Assembly: GCA_039621445.1 (NCBI GenBank)
Contig: CP154954.1
Span: 15,209,805-15,273,804, forward strand
Reading direction: 5' to 3'
Origin: Euglena gracilis
Lineage: Eukaryota
Length of the DNA: 64,000 nt
Shown here: positions 11,990 to 21,730 of the stretch, one piece after another
Position numbering within the stretch: the stretch's first letter is position 1
Layout: every line of letters begins with the position of its first letter
Position numbers and translations under genes: made by a program
Notes under the pieces: model-generated
Databases searched by the model: none
The model's input: the letters and a program-made list of their open reading frames with translations, nothing else
Told to the model about the DNA's origin: nothing

Positions 11990-12200
11990 CCCCCCTTCGG
12001 TTTGACAAAAATCCCCCCGGCCCGAGGAGGGGGGGGGTTGATTTTTTGACCAAAATCCCCCCGGCCCGAGGAGGGGGGGGGGGGGCGCTTGATTTTTTTG
12101 ACAAAAACCCCCGGCCCGAGGAGGGGGGGGGGGCTTGACAAATTTGAACCATAAATCCCCCCGACCCGAGGGGGGGGGGCGCCAACCGAATTTTTACCCA
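11990..12200 (+). repeat. ~45-bp GC-rich tandem repeat in the 3' region of element A
   Basis: About four copies of GAC(A/C)AAAATCCCCCCGGCCCGAGGAGGGGGGGG..TTGATTTTTT. Confidence 0.8.
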
Positions 12201-12490
12201 AAATTCCCCGACCCGTTGGAAAGGGGGAGGCAGATCTTGGTGAAGACCCTCATACCACCCGTGAGAAGCGGGGGGGGGGCAGCCAAATATTCATTGGTTG
12301 GTGAACCGAGTCTTTCCCAAAGGTTTGAAGGCACTTGAAAGCCATAGTCCCTGAATTTTGTTTCCCGTTTGGTTGGTTCAAGGGAGCATGTGTGGGACAT
12401 AGGCTTTGGGTGAAGGAGTGTCGATTGGAGGTGTTCCCCCGTCTTTGTTGAGGAAAAGGGGGGGGGGTTTTGGTGTCCGACTAAGGTCGC

Positions 12491-12501
12491 AAGGGAGGGG
12501 G
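12491..12501 (+). promoter_or_regulatory. Polypurine tract of element A
   Basis: AAGGGAGGGGG immediately 5' of the 3' LTR. Confidence 0.85.
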
Positions 12502-13357
12502 TGTTGGCCGCCGGCTTTCGCCGGCAGCCAAAAATTGCCAGAAAGCGCAAATTTCAAATTCGCGGGTAACAGCCAATCAGTTAAAAAAAACCCGTGATAG
12601 AAATTGGAAGCGGGTCAAATTAGTTTGCATCTTCAAAGTCTGTTTTTTTGCAGAACTTGAGGGGCTTTCCCCATTATTTGGCAAATAAGGGATACCATTG
12701 CATTGAATTTGGCATTTACATTCTTGGTGAGAATTCGAAGTGTGGATCACATTGTTGGTGGACTTTGAATTGCAATTCATATTGGTTATTGAAGTCAATT
12801 TGGAATTGAAATAAAGAAGGAGACCCTACAATACCGCCACCCTCACCGCCGCTCCTATTCCCTATACCCCTCTTCCTTGCCCCAGGTTTGCACATTTTCA
12901 CACATTCACATTTCACAGTACGTTTTCAATTCTTCACATTCAGCTACTTTCAGTTTTTCACTCTCAAAGTTTCAAGTTTCAGTGGGTTGGGTTGTGGGTT
13001 GGTTTTACCTTCAAGGTGTGCAAGAGAGAGTCTGAGAGTGAGAGAGAAAGAGAGAGGAGAAAAGTGAGATTTCATTACAAATGGCAGATTTTTCGATTTT
13101 CACCAAATTTTCGGAAAAAATTAAAAAAACGATCCTACGCGCCGGCTGGGGTAGGGGGAACCACCTGGGTGAAAAAATGGGAGTTGGCCTGAGCCCACCA
13201 ACCCCCAGAAAAAGCGCAGGCCCCGCCCCGGAAACACCCACCCCCCGGCTGTCGGTGGTTTTCCGCGACGGCGAGGACCCCCCCGGGCCCTCGGCCCACC
13301 GGGACTCGCCGGTCGCGGGGGCGACCGGCGGCGCACAGGGGGTGGGGCCGGCGAACA
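12502..13357 (+). repeat. 3' LTR of element A
   Basis: Starts TGTTGGCCGCCGGC immediately after a purine tract and ends GGCCGGCGAACA, followed by the TSD TGCG. Confidence 0.95.
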
Positions 13358-13772
13358 TGCGGAAATAAACAGAGAACATTTTTGTTTGCGCATTTGCGCA
13401 AATGCGCGCATAAAACATTTTTTTTGTGTGCGCATTTGCGCCCATAAGCTTGCGCGTTGACAAACAGTGTGACAAACCCACCAACTGGACGGCCCTCTTG
13501 TCTGCGCACTCACGACTCCTTTGTCACGCGGTTTATCAACAGCGTCAGTTCATGGGTACCAAAGCCCAATCCCTGAAGGACACGTTTATGTCCACACACA
13601 TAAACATGTTGGTGCGCGCATTTGCGCAAATAAACACAAACATGTCCTTCCAGTGTTGGGCTTCTTCCGCTGGGTTCTTTGCCACACAATTGTTTGTTCG
13701 TATCCCGGGTATAAGCCAGGTGGGAGACACCCGTCCCCCTCATTCCCTGTGGGCCCTATTTCTTCCCCCTTG

Positions 13773-15093
13773 TGTTGGGGGGTCCGGGAAACCCACATGC
13801 GCCCGGAGTGCGGCCCCATTGATGGGGAAAGATACTCGCCGGCGACGCTTTGCGTACTGTGGTATGTTTTTGTTGTTGTTCTTCCCCTGGACAGCTTGAC
13901 CTGTTGGGTTGTATGCCAAGGGAAGGTTTGCCTGGCGTGAATGTGGGTTGGATCATCAGGAGTTGTTCCCGTCGAGCGCCTGGGAAGGGCGTCCGGGGGG
14001 GGGGGGCATGGGTGGAGTCCATGAAGGCCTGGGAGGAGGCCCTTGTTGCCCCCAAGCCCAAATGGCGTGAAGTGTGTGGGATTATCCCTTGGGTGAGGAT
14101 GAGGGAGGCAGATGTCATGTTGTTGCCCATAGTATATGTGGATGGATTCATTGAGTTCGTAGGGGATGGAAGAGAGCGTGGGGGGTGGTGGGGGGAAGGT
14201 TGGGAAGGGAGAAGGCCCTAGGGGATGCGAAGCGCGTCTGGATGGGCTCCTTTCCTAACCAGTGGGGTATCCTTAATTTTGACTTCCAATTCCAAGGTCC
14301 AAATGTAGGAAGGTGAAGGAATGCATTTGGAGAGGGGGGAGAGTGGCAGAAGTGCATTGGGCATCTCCCCATGGATTGGAAGGCGGTTGGAGAAAAAAAG
14401 GATTTTTTCCCCCCATTGTTGGCAAGTGGTGTTCCTTTGATTTCTTTCCCACAGTGGGTTTCCCATTTACCATTGTTTTTGTTTATCTATTTGGCTGAGT
14501 TTGATTCACCATTGGCTGAGTTTGATTCATTATTGGCTGCGAGTTTGATTCATTGTCATTGGTCAAAGTCATTGTCATTGGTCAAGACAAGACAATCGAC
14601 AAAGCGGAAGTTGAAGTTTGCCTAAGGGGAAGACCGAACACCACCTCGAACCTTGAACCTTTCGTCCGTCCCCTCCCCCAAGGTATTGTGCCTAATTTTT
14701 TACAAAGGAAAAAAGGGGATATAGAATTTGGAAAGCGCAAGGATTTTCAGTCAATTTTACTGAAAATTTTACTGAAAATGTCCTCTTTTTCAGATGTGGA
14801 GAGGCAAGGGTTGGAGCCGGGGAAGGGGGGGGTATGGGGCCCCGCCCCCTTACGTTGCACAAGCAAGGGAGTGGCAAGCGGCCCAAGACCGAGAAAGGGC
14901 GAGGGTGCAAAGGATAGTGACCCAGGTATGTTTGGGGATATGCAAGGGGGGGTATGCATGAAGCCCGAAGGGAATCGTGTTTCTGTTGGATCCCCTGAAA
15001 CTGCGGAGGGAAATAAAGATCCTACGCCGCCGGAGGCCCATCCCGGGGTCCCCCTCGCGGGGGCGGACACGGGGTGGGCGTCCCGCGTTAACA
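13773..15093 (+). repeat. 5' LTR of element B
   Basis: Starts TGTTGGGGGGTCCGGGAAAC and ends CCCGCGTTAACA. Confidence 0.95.
14490..14586. promoter_or_regulatory. Tandem ATTGG (reverse CCAAT) enhancer-like repeats in LTR B (also at ~27760-27855)
   Basis: TTGGCTG(C)GAGTTTGATTCA x3 followed by TTGTCATTGGTCAA x2. Confidence 0.5.
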
Positions 15094-18032
15094 TGGTCGC
15101 AGAGGTTTGTGCTGCGGTTGCTGTTTGGTGTTTTTCAGCTGTTTCAAATTCCATGTTTCCCAGCGTAAACATGGTAATCAGAGGGGCGAAAGCTGCAATC
15201 AGTTTTCAGGTTGGATTGTCAGTGAGTGATTTTGTCTGTATTTGTTTTGCCCTGAGTTTCGCAAAGACAAATTTTCAGACACCAACAATTCTGGAACCGG
15301 TTGCGGTGATGGGTTGGATTTTTTTGGTGACGATTGTCATCACGGGTTTGAAGACAGCAGCTGGGTGGTGTTGGTTTGTAATGTCGCCGACATTGCAATT
15401 CAGGGAGATCCAAGGGGGTTCCTGGACGGAACCCCAGATTTGTTTTGCTGATCACAACATTCTGGGTCACCATGAAAGTTTTCTGTTGCCCCCCAACCAA
15501 TCTGAAAAGAATTCTAGTTTTTTGCAGGCGTCTATACCTCAGGTGCTGCGAGAGGGCCTCGAGGACCGAAGCCCTGGCCTGGAGGCCACAAGTTCAATTG
15601 GCAGCGGACCGAAATATTATCAATTGAACGAGGAAGGCCGACGGGACCAGAAGCCCAGCAAGCAAGACGACGAAGTGGCAAGGTGTGACGCTGGTGTTCA
15701 ACAATTTTCAGTCCCAGGGGGTCTGGAAATTAGGGGGGCTGAGTCGCAATTTATGAGTGGAATTGCACAGCCCAGCCCAACGCCAGCTCAGTGCCAGCCA
15801 CAGCCAGCAGAAATGAGTCAGCAAGTTTTTTCCCACGAGAGTTTGGGAGTTGAAGCCCGTTTGCAATTTCAATTGGGAATTGCATTGCTAAACGCAGGGC
15901 CAGCCCAGCCACAGCCAGCCGTCGAGGGGGCAGCCCAGCCCCAGCCAGCAGTCGGGGGGCCAGCCCAGCACCAGCCAAACGCAGGACCAGCCCAGTCAAC
16001 CGGCCAGCAGCTTTTGGGTCAGAGAAGCCCAGAAATTGCAGTGCCCCAGCCAATTACGCACGGGCCAGCCCAGCCCATCATGCAGGGGCCGACCCAGTCA
16101 ATTGGCCAGCAGTTTTTGGGTCAGAGGAGCCCAGAAATTGCAGTGTCCCAGCCAATCATGTACGGGCCAGCCCAGCCCATCATGCAGGAGCCGGCCCAGT
16201 CAACCAGCCAGCAGTTTTTGGGTCAGAGGAGCCCAGAAATTGCAGTGCCAGGGCCAGCCCAGCCAGCCCAGCCCATCATGGAGCCAGCCCAGTCAATGAT
16301 GCAAGAGCCAGCCCAGCCCGTGATGCAAGAGCCAGCCGAGCCAGCCCAGCACATCATGCAGCCAGCCCAGCTCATGATGCAAGAACCAGCCCAGCCCATG
16401 ATGCAAGAGCCAGCCCAGCCCATCATGGGGCCAGCCCAGCCCATGATGCGAGAGCCAGCCCAGCCCATCATGGGGCCAGCCCAGCCCATGATGCAAGACC
16501 CAGCCCAGGCCATCATGGGGCCAGCCCAGCCCATGATGCGAGAGCCAGCCCAGGCCATCATGGGGCCAGCCCAGCCCATGATGCGAGAGCCAGCCCAGCC
16601 CATCATGGAGTCAGCCCAGCCCATGATGCAAGACCCAGCCCAGCCCATCATGGGGCCAGCCCAGCCCATGATGCAAGAGTCAGCCCAGCCCATCATGGAG
16701 TCAGTCCAGCCCGTCATGCAAGAGCCAACCCAGCCCATTATGGAGCCAGCCCAGCCCATGATGCAAGAGCCAGCCCAGCCCATCATGGAGTCAGCCCAGC
16801 CCATGTTGCAAGAGCCGGCCCAGCCCATCATGGGGCCAGCCCAGCCCATGATGCAAGAGCCAGCCCAGCCCATCACGGAGCCAGCCCAGCCCATGATGCA
16901 AGAGCCAGCCCAGCCCATGATGCAACAGCCAGCCCAGTCAACCAGCCAGCAGTTTTTGGGTCAGAGGAGCCCAGAAATTGCCGTGATGAATGCCCATGGT
17001 TATGATGATGACTGGGAGCCAGATCCCGCTGAATTGGCAGTGATCCGGCTGCAATTTCTCTACGGAATTGATGACGAGCCAGCAGTCCCAGTCAGTTTTT
17101 TTGGTTGGAACCCGGTGAAAAGCATAGGTATGATCACTGCCAGCAGGGGGGACCCAGTGGATGTCGATGAGGAGACCCAACCCCCCCCTGGTGGTGTGTT
17201 GGTTGTGCCCAGTAATTCAGTGTCAGTGGCCCAGTCCTGTGGACCCATGGGGGGTTTGGGAAACCCACGAGATCCCCCCGAGTGGGACGGGTCTTGGACA
17301 TCGGGCATTGAATGGATCACCCATGCAGCAGCAGCCAGAGCTGCTGTGATGGTGGCGAGGGGGGCGGTGCAAATCATTGGCCCCAGGATTTTGCAATTGG
17401 AGCAAAATTATGGGACTATGCAAGATCAGGTGGGGGCCATGATGCCATTCTTGCATATGTTGGGGCAGTCCGTGGAGGCTTTATGGCAACAGGCAGAGGC
17501 GCAAGCCAGCCACTCCCTGGAGGTGTCTCAGGGATTGTCGGCGATGCAGGCAGTGGAGGGGCAAACGGGGCAGGGGCTGCAATTTTTACGTGCGGCCAGC
17601 GAGGGGTTGGGCAACCAGATTCACAATTTGCGAAACGACGTTATTTCAGAAATTGCTAGGATTCACAGTGAAATTGATGGCAAACTACAGGGGGTGGGCA
17701 GCCAGCGCGCCGATTTCACGCAGCAATTGGCCAGCGTATGCGCACGACATCAGGCAGAATTGGCAGCGAGTGAGGCTGGGCACGAGAGGAAAATCGCTGC
17801 CATTTTGGAGGGGCACCGTTTGGCCGAAGGCCAAATGCGGGCAGAATTTGAGGCAGAAAAGGAAGCCATGTTTGCCAGATTTTCCGCACAATTTCAACAG
17901 GTCAGTTCGATTTGTGCTGAGTTAAGGGAGGCCCAGAGCGGACTCAGCAACGCAGTGGAAAAGCGAGTGCAGGCTTTGGAAGAGTGGGTTCGGTCTCGGC
18001 CAAGGGGGGGGGGGGAGGACCAAGGGGGTTGA
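14553..18032 (+). CDS. ORF0 / extended Gag N-terminus of element B (hydrophobic segments, Pro-Ala-Gln-Met repeats, coiled coil)
   Basis: 1159-aa open frame that opens inside the LTR; a plausible start is the ATG at 15093. Hydrophobic stretches at ~15100-15385, PAQPMMQE/PAQPIMG repeats at ~15895-16985 and a coiled-coil-like region at ~17380-17990. Ends just after a poly-G run. Confidence 0.75.
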   Translation: MSLVKVIVIGQDKTIDKAEVEVCLRGRPNTTSNLEPFVRPLPQGIVPNFLQRKKGDIEFGKRKDFQSILLKILLKMSSFSDVERQGLEPGKGGVWGPAPLRCTSKGVASGPRPRKGEGAKDSDPGMFGDMQGGVCMKPEGNRVSVGSPETAEGNKDPTPPEAHPGVPLAGADTGWASRVNMVAEVCAAVAVWCFSAVSNSMFPSVNMVIRGAKAAISFQVGLSVSDFVCICFALSFAKTNFQTPTILEPVAVMGWIFLVTIVITGLKTAAGWCWFVMSPTLQFREIQGGSWTEPQICFADHNILGHHESFLLPPNQSEKNSSFLQASIPQVLREGLEDRSPGLEATSSIGSGPKYYQLNEEGRRDQKPSKQDDEVARCDAGVQQFSVPGGLEIRGAESQFMSGIAQPSPTPAQCQPQPAEMSQQVFSHESLGVEARLQFQLGIALLNAGPAQPQPAVEGAAQPQPAVGGPAQHQPNAGPAQSTGQQLLGQRSPEIAVPQPITHGPAQPIMQGPTQSIGQQFLGQRSPEIAVSQPIMYGPAQPIMQEPAQSTSQQFLGQRSPEIAVPGPAQPAQPIMEPAQSMMQEPAQPVMQEPAEPAQHIMQPAQLMMQEPAQPMMQEPAQPIMGPAQPMMREPAQPIMGPAQPMMQDPAQAIMGPAQPMMREPAQAIMGPAQPMMREPAQPIMESAQPMMQDPAQPIMGPAQPMMQESAQPIMESVQPVMQEPTQPIMEPAQPMMQEPAQPIMESAQPMLQEPAQPIMGPAQPMMQEPAQPITEPAQPMMQEPAQPMMQQPAQSTSQQFLGQRSPEIAVMNAHGYDDDWEPDPAELAVIRLQFLYGIDDEPAVPVSFFGWNPVKSIGMITASRGDPVDVDEETQPPPGGVLVVPSNSVSVAQSCGPMGGLGNPRDPPEWDGSWTSGIEWITHAAAARAAVMVARGAVQIIGPRILQLEQNYGTMQDQVGAMMPFLHMLGQSVEALWQQAEAQASHSLEVSQGLSAMQAVEGQTGQGLQFLRAASEGLGNQIHNLRNDVISEIARIHSEIDGKLQGVGSQRADFTQQLASVCARHQAELAASEAGHERKIAAILEGHRLAEGQMRAEFEAEKEAMFARFSAQFQQVSSICAELREAQSGLSNAVEKRVQALEEWVRSRPRGGGEDQGG
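15094..15105 (+). promoter_or_regulatory. Primer-binding site (tRNAiMet-like) of element B
   Basis: TGGTCGCAGAGG abuts the LTR and matches TGGTAGCAGAGG at 11 of 12 positions. Confidence 0.7.
15895..16985 (+). repeat. Coding minisatellite (21- and 24-bp units)
   Basis: Alternating CAGCCCAGCCCATCATGGGGC and CAGCCCAGCCCATGATGCAAGAGC units. Confidence 0.9.
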
Positions 18033-18543
18033 CCCCAGCATTGGCCGAAATCAGATCCGAGGTTCAGCAGCTGCAGGGGTGGGTGCACGCACAGCCAGCA
18101 GCAGATGGGCAGAGAGAAATTCTGCAAAATCTGCTTGCCGTGGAGAGTGGGCAGATCCGGGAGCGAGTGGAAGGGTGGTTACGGGATGTGCATGCCCAAG
18201 TCGATGCGCATCTGCAAAGCCGCCTTCCCTCAGTCCCTGTCGCAGGAGCTGGGAGGTGCGGAAACGTGGGCGGAATGATGACAATTGGGGAGACGAGGAC
18301 CCCCGTCACCGCCCAGCCCAACCTGCAGGCTCAAGCGAGCGGTGTGCCTGCGATTCGTCAGCCGCCCCCAGTGATGCAGCCAGTGGGGTTTGGGGGGGGG
18401 GGAGCCCCCACTCGGGGCCCAAAGGGGATTTGCCCAGCCAAGTCCAATGGGGAGGCTCGTTGAATCGATCTCCCCAGTGAGGGAGGGAACCGACTCCCCT
18501 GAGGGATGGGGAGGGGGATCATGGGGAGGCAGCTTGCCAGGCT

Positions 18544-20193
18544 GTGGACCTGCGGACGCAGGGCTATGTGGATGAAATGGCCCAGAGATTCCGACAGGAA
18601 AGGGAGGTTGCTTTGGGGCAGGCAGCGTCTGTGGGGATTCTGCGCAGGGATCTGCCAACCGTGAATTCTGTCCCCCCAGTGGGCCAGGAGTTTCCGCGAG
18701 GGGGTAGGAGGTTGTTGCCCCCTCCCTCTGTGATTGGCAGCCATGCTTCGGACGGAGAGAGTGAGATCGCCCGACCCAAACTCATTCTGCCAGGTGCTGG
18801 GGGTCGAGGATTGTGTGGTTGGCCTGGTGGTGCACCCCCTGGGAATTACGCTGAAAATTCCAGTTTTGTGGGGTCCCATGCAAATCAATGCAGCCAGCAT
18901 GATGACCCTGGGCGTACGGCACGGGTGGGTGTGACGGGGGCAGCCCCTGCGAGCCAATTCCCGTTTTTTCAGACCCATCCCATCAATTCAGACGTGTGGC
19001 GGCGGATGCCGCGTCCGCGGTTTTCAGGGTTGGCCAAAGATTTTGCCAAGTTTGAGGGGGAATGGGAGGAGCTCGAGCGGGTTTGTTCCGAGACTTCTCC
19101 ACTTCCCCCATCAGATTTCGTGTTGTTGCAGGAGTTCAAAAGTTGCCTCGATGAGGCAACTCAGGCAAAGTTGAGATTGCGCATGAAGCAGGATGCGGGT
19201 CTCACGTTGGCGGGTTTCCGCCAAGAGCTCCGGAGGGAATTTGGAATTGATTCCTTGAAGCAGCACAGGCAGAGTTGGGAGAGCGTGAGGTTGAGCCGTA
19301 CAGGACCCAATGGGGGGGCGACCTTACAAGATTTGCGCAGGTACGGGGAGGAATTCAAATTATCAAGGGAGCAAGTTCCGGAACGTAGCGCCGGTGAGGA
19401 GCGAAAAATGTTGTTCACACAAATGTCGCCTTCGCTCCAGGAAGATCTCATGCGGGAGACCGCAAGACGGCGGGTCAGCCGTCCGTGGATCAGGGTCACG
19501 TTTCCAACGAGGGTGAACGGGCCAGCTGTTTTGGCAGAAATTCAAGCCCACCTTGGGGAATCACTGCCACCGGTGCACGAATGTTCGTCAGGATACGTGA
19601 TCGAGACTCCCACTGAGGCTTGGCGGGAAAAGCTCTTGGCGTGGCACGGGGCAACCATGGCTGGGGCCAGGGTGAACTTCACTCGACACGAGTATGAATT
19701 GTCGAGTGATGACATTTTTGAATTTGTGGCTGCCCGTCTTCGGACAGACGAGGAGCTGGAAATCACCCGCCGGGCATTTGGTTTGGAGACCCATCCGGGG
19801 GACGCAAGGGCGAACCCCAAACCGTTGGAGACCAAAGCAGTCGTGGTGCAGGCACCTTCGGAACGGAGACCCGAGAGCAAATCCCCCACCAAAAGGAAGG
19901 GCAAGGGATTTGGAAAGAAATCCCCATCCCCGAGGAGATCAGACCAAGGGGGGGATTCTGGACCTGGTGGGTGCCCCACATGTCGGAAAGGGAATTGGAG
20001 GAGTGACCATGACCCAAAAACTTGCTACTGGAATCGGCAATCAGAGTGTTTCACGTGCAGAACGGCCGGACGGGAGTTTGTACACGACTATCGCCAGTGC
20101 GAGTGGGTCAGGAAAGCCAGAGAGGAAAGCCAGAAGAGGTCTGCCAAGGAGCCAGCCCCAAAGGGGGGGGTCCCCCCCCAAAGGCCTGAGTAG
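18544..20193 (+). CDS. gag: Gag (capsid-like domain plus two CCHC zinc knuckles) of element B
   Basis: PRFSG...FEGEW capsid-like motif. Knuckles CPTCRKGNWRSDHDPKTC and CFTCRTAGREFVHDYRQC. Ends at TAG 20191-20193. Confidence 0.85.
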   Translation: MDLRTQGYVDEMAQRFRQEREVALGQAASVGILRRDLPTVNSVPPVGQEFPRGGRRLLPPPSVIGSHASDGESEIARPKLILPGAGGRGLCGWPGGAPPGNYAENSSFVGSHANQCSQHDDPGRTARVGVTGAAPASQFPFFQTHPINSDVWRRMPRPRFSGLAKDFAKFEGEWEELERVCSETSPLPPSDFVLLQEFKSCLDEATQAKLRLRMKQDAGLTLAGFRQELRREFGIDSLKQHRQSWESVRLSRTGPNGGATLQDLRRYGEEFKLSREQVPERSAGEERKMLFTQMSPSLQEDLMRETARRRVSRPWIRVTFPTRVNGPAVLAEIQAHLGESLPPVHECSSGYVIETPTEAWREKLLAWHGATMAGARVNFTRHEYELSSDDIFEFVAARLRTDEELEITRRAFGLETHPGDARANPKPLETKAVVVQAPSERRPESKSPTKRKGKGFGKKSPSPRRSDQGGDSGPGGCPTCRKGNWRSDHDPKTCYWNRQSECFTCRTAGREFVHDYRQCEWVRKAREESQKRSAKEPAPKGGVPPQRPE

Positions 20194-20256
20194 GGGGGTC
20201 ACAGCCCCGAGAGGGCAGGCTGTGTAAACCCGAGTCCCTCAGAGAGTGCGAGCGAG

Positions 20257-20790
20257 GTGCAGCTTGGGGGACGGAGTTTTTTAGCCGTGACTCCCAGTGG
20301 GGCGGGGGGGGGGGGCACACTGTTGGGGGCTTCCAGTTTGTCCGGCACGCGAGTCATCCGGGCCCCCGGGATGAAGGACGAACATTTGCACCTACGGGCG
20401 GTGGGACGCGTAGCGGAAGGGGTTCAGCCGTCGGTCATGGTGTTGATCGACACCGGTGCGCAAGTGAGCCTGGTTCGAAAAGGGTTGATTCCTGAGGAGC
20501 ATTTGACGGCGGCGGCGGAAACACCTCTTCGGTTGATGGCCGCAAACCAAAAGCCGATGCAAGGCGGATCCCGGGAGGTGAGCATGGAGCTCACCTTCGA
20601 GGGTTTTTGTGTGGACACGGGACGGGCTGTGAAGGTGATTGCCCCAACCAGGTTGTGTGAGGCGGACATCGCCGAGGATGTGATTGTGTCATACACCTGG
20701 TTGGGAGAACGAAATTTTCAGGTGGACCCAAAACGACATGGGTTGCGGGGTCAAGTGGGGGGAATGCTGCTTTGGATACCTGGGAGTCCC
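20257..20790 (+). CDS. Aspartic protease of element B
   Basis: VLIDTGAQVSLVRKGLI (DTG at 20449), LRLMAANQKPMQGG and DVIVSYTWL. In frame with gag. Confidence 0.9.
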
Positions 20791-20865
20791 ACCGTGGAGA
20801 TAAGGGCAACGGGTGGGGGGTGTCCAGAGCCCCGCGTCTGCGTTGAGAAAGCAGATCTGGGGCCC

Positions 20866-21480
20866 AAGAGGATGGCTTTGGATTTGTTTTCGGGCACGGG
20901 CAGCGCCACGAGGGTGCTCCAAGCCCACGGGTTTTGCGTGGTCTCCGTGGACAGTGATCCCAAACGTGGGGCGACACACACGGTTGATGTGTTGACGTGG
21001 GATTATGCGAATGCATATCCCCAGGGATTCTTCGAGGTCATTGTCGCATGTCCACCTTGCACTGAGTACAGCCGGGCCAAGACCGTTGGTGTCAGGGACC
21101 TGGCACATGCGGACCAGGTAGTTCGAAAGACCCTTGGAAATTGTGGAGTTCTACCAGCCGGCACGGTGGTGGGTTGAAACGCCGGCGACCGGATTGCTGG
21201 CGACAAGCAGCCTGATGGAGGGGTTCCCGTTTGTGGATTGTGATCAGTGCCAGTTTTCGGATTTTGGGTATCGGAAACCGACACGTTTTTTTGGGAGTGA
21301 TCACATCCGTGATTTGCAATCGGTGGTTTGCGATCAGAGGACGTGCCCAAACCTTGTGCAGGATCCTGGGAATCCGACGGGGATTCGGAGACACAAGAAC
21401 GCACAGGGGGGGAACACGGGGTCGGTGAAGCGCGAATTGGCTTACCGTTTACCCCCAAGTTTGGTTGAGTACGTGACGGG
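20866..21480 (+). CDS. C5-cytosine DNA methyltransferase domain (1-nt frameshift at ~21132)
   Basis: Motif I ALDLFSGTGS (D at 20881), II VSVD, III VDVLTWDY, IV IVACPPCTEYS (catalytic PC at 21055-21060), VI WWVETP (21173), VIII GYRKPTRF and C-terminal AYRLPPSLVEY. Confidence 0.9.
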
Positions 21481-21730
21481 TTTGGGGAGTTCCACACCTG
21501 TGTTGGGTGCATGCACGGACGTGCGAAGTGCAGATTCCCATGGGGAAGAAAACGGCTCATTTGGGCCTTGTGTTCGGGGGGGAGGTCCTCCGGACATCGT
21601 GCATGTCCCACAGCCCATGCTCGGGAGTCGTGATGTGTCAACGTCAAGCCGTCTCGGAGGGGGGGGCATCTCACAGGGGGAGCGTGTGGGAGTGCCCACC
21701 CATCGAGGATCGCCCGGTGGCAGATGGCGC

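Larger units (their letters stand above)
1509..13357 (+). mobile_element. Ty3/Gypsy (chromovirus-like) LTR retrotransposon, element A, decayed, carrying DNA methyltransferase domains
   Basis: Direct repeats 1509-2358 and 12502-13357, both TG...CA. 4-bp TSD TGCG at 1505-1508 and 13358-13361. PBS and PPT present. Internal gag, PR, RT, RNase H, integrase and chromodomain motifs in Gypsy order. Confidence 0.95.

Noticed and set aside
16223-16918. Minus-strand MMGWAG repeat ORF
   Set aside because: Antisense shadow of the PAQP coding minisatellite.
14553-18032. Calling ORF0 a retroviral env
   Set aside because: It lies upstream of gag, and no furin site, fusion peptide or C-terminal TM anchor was recognised.
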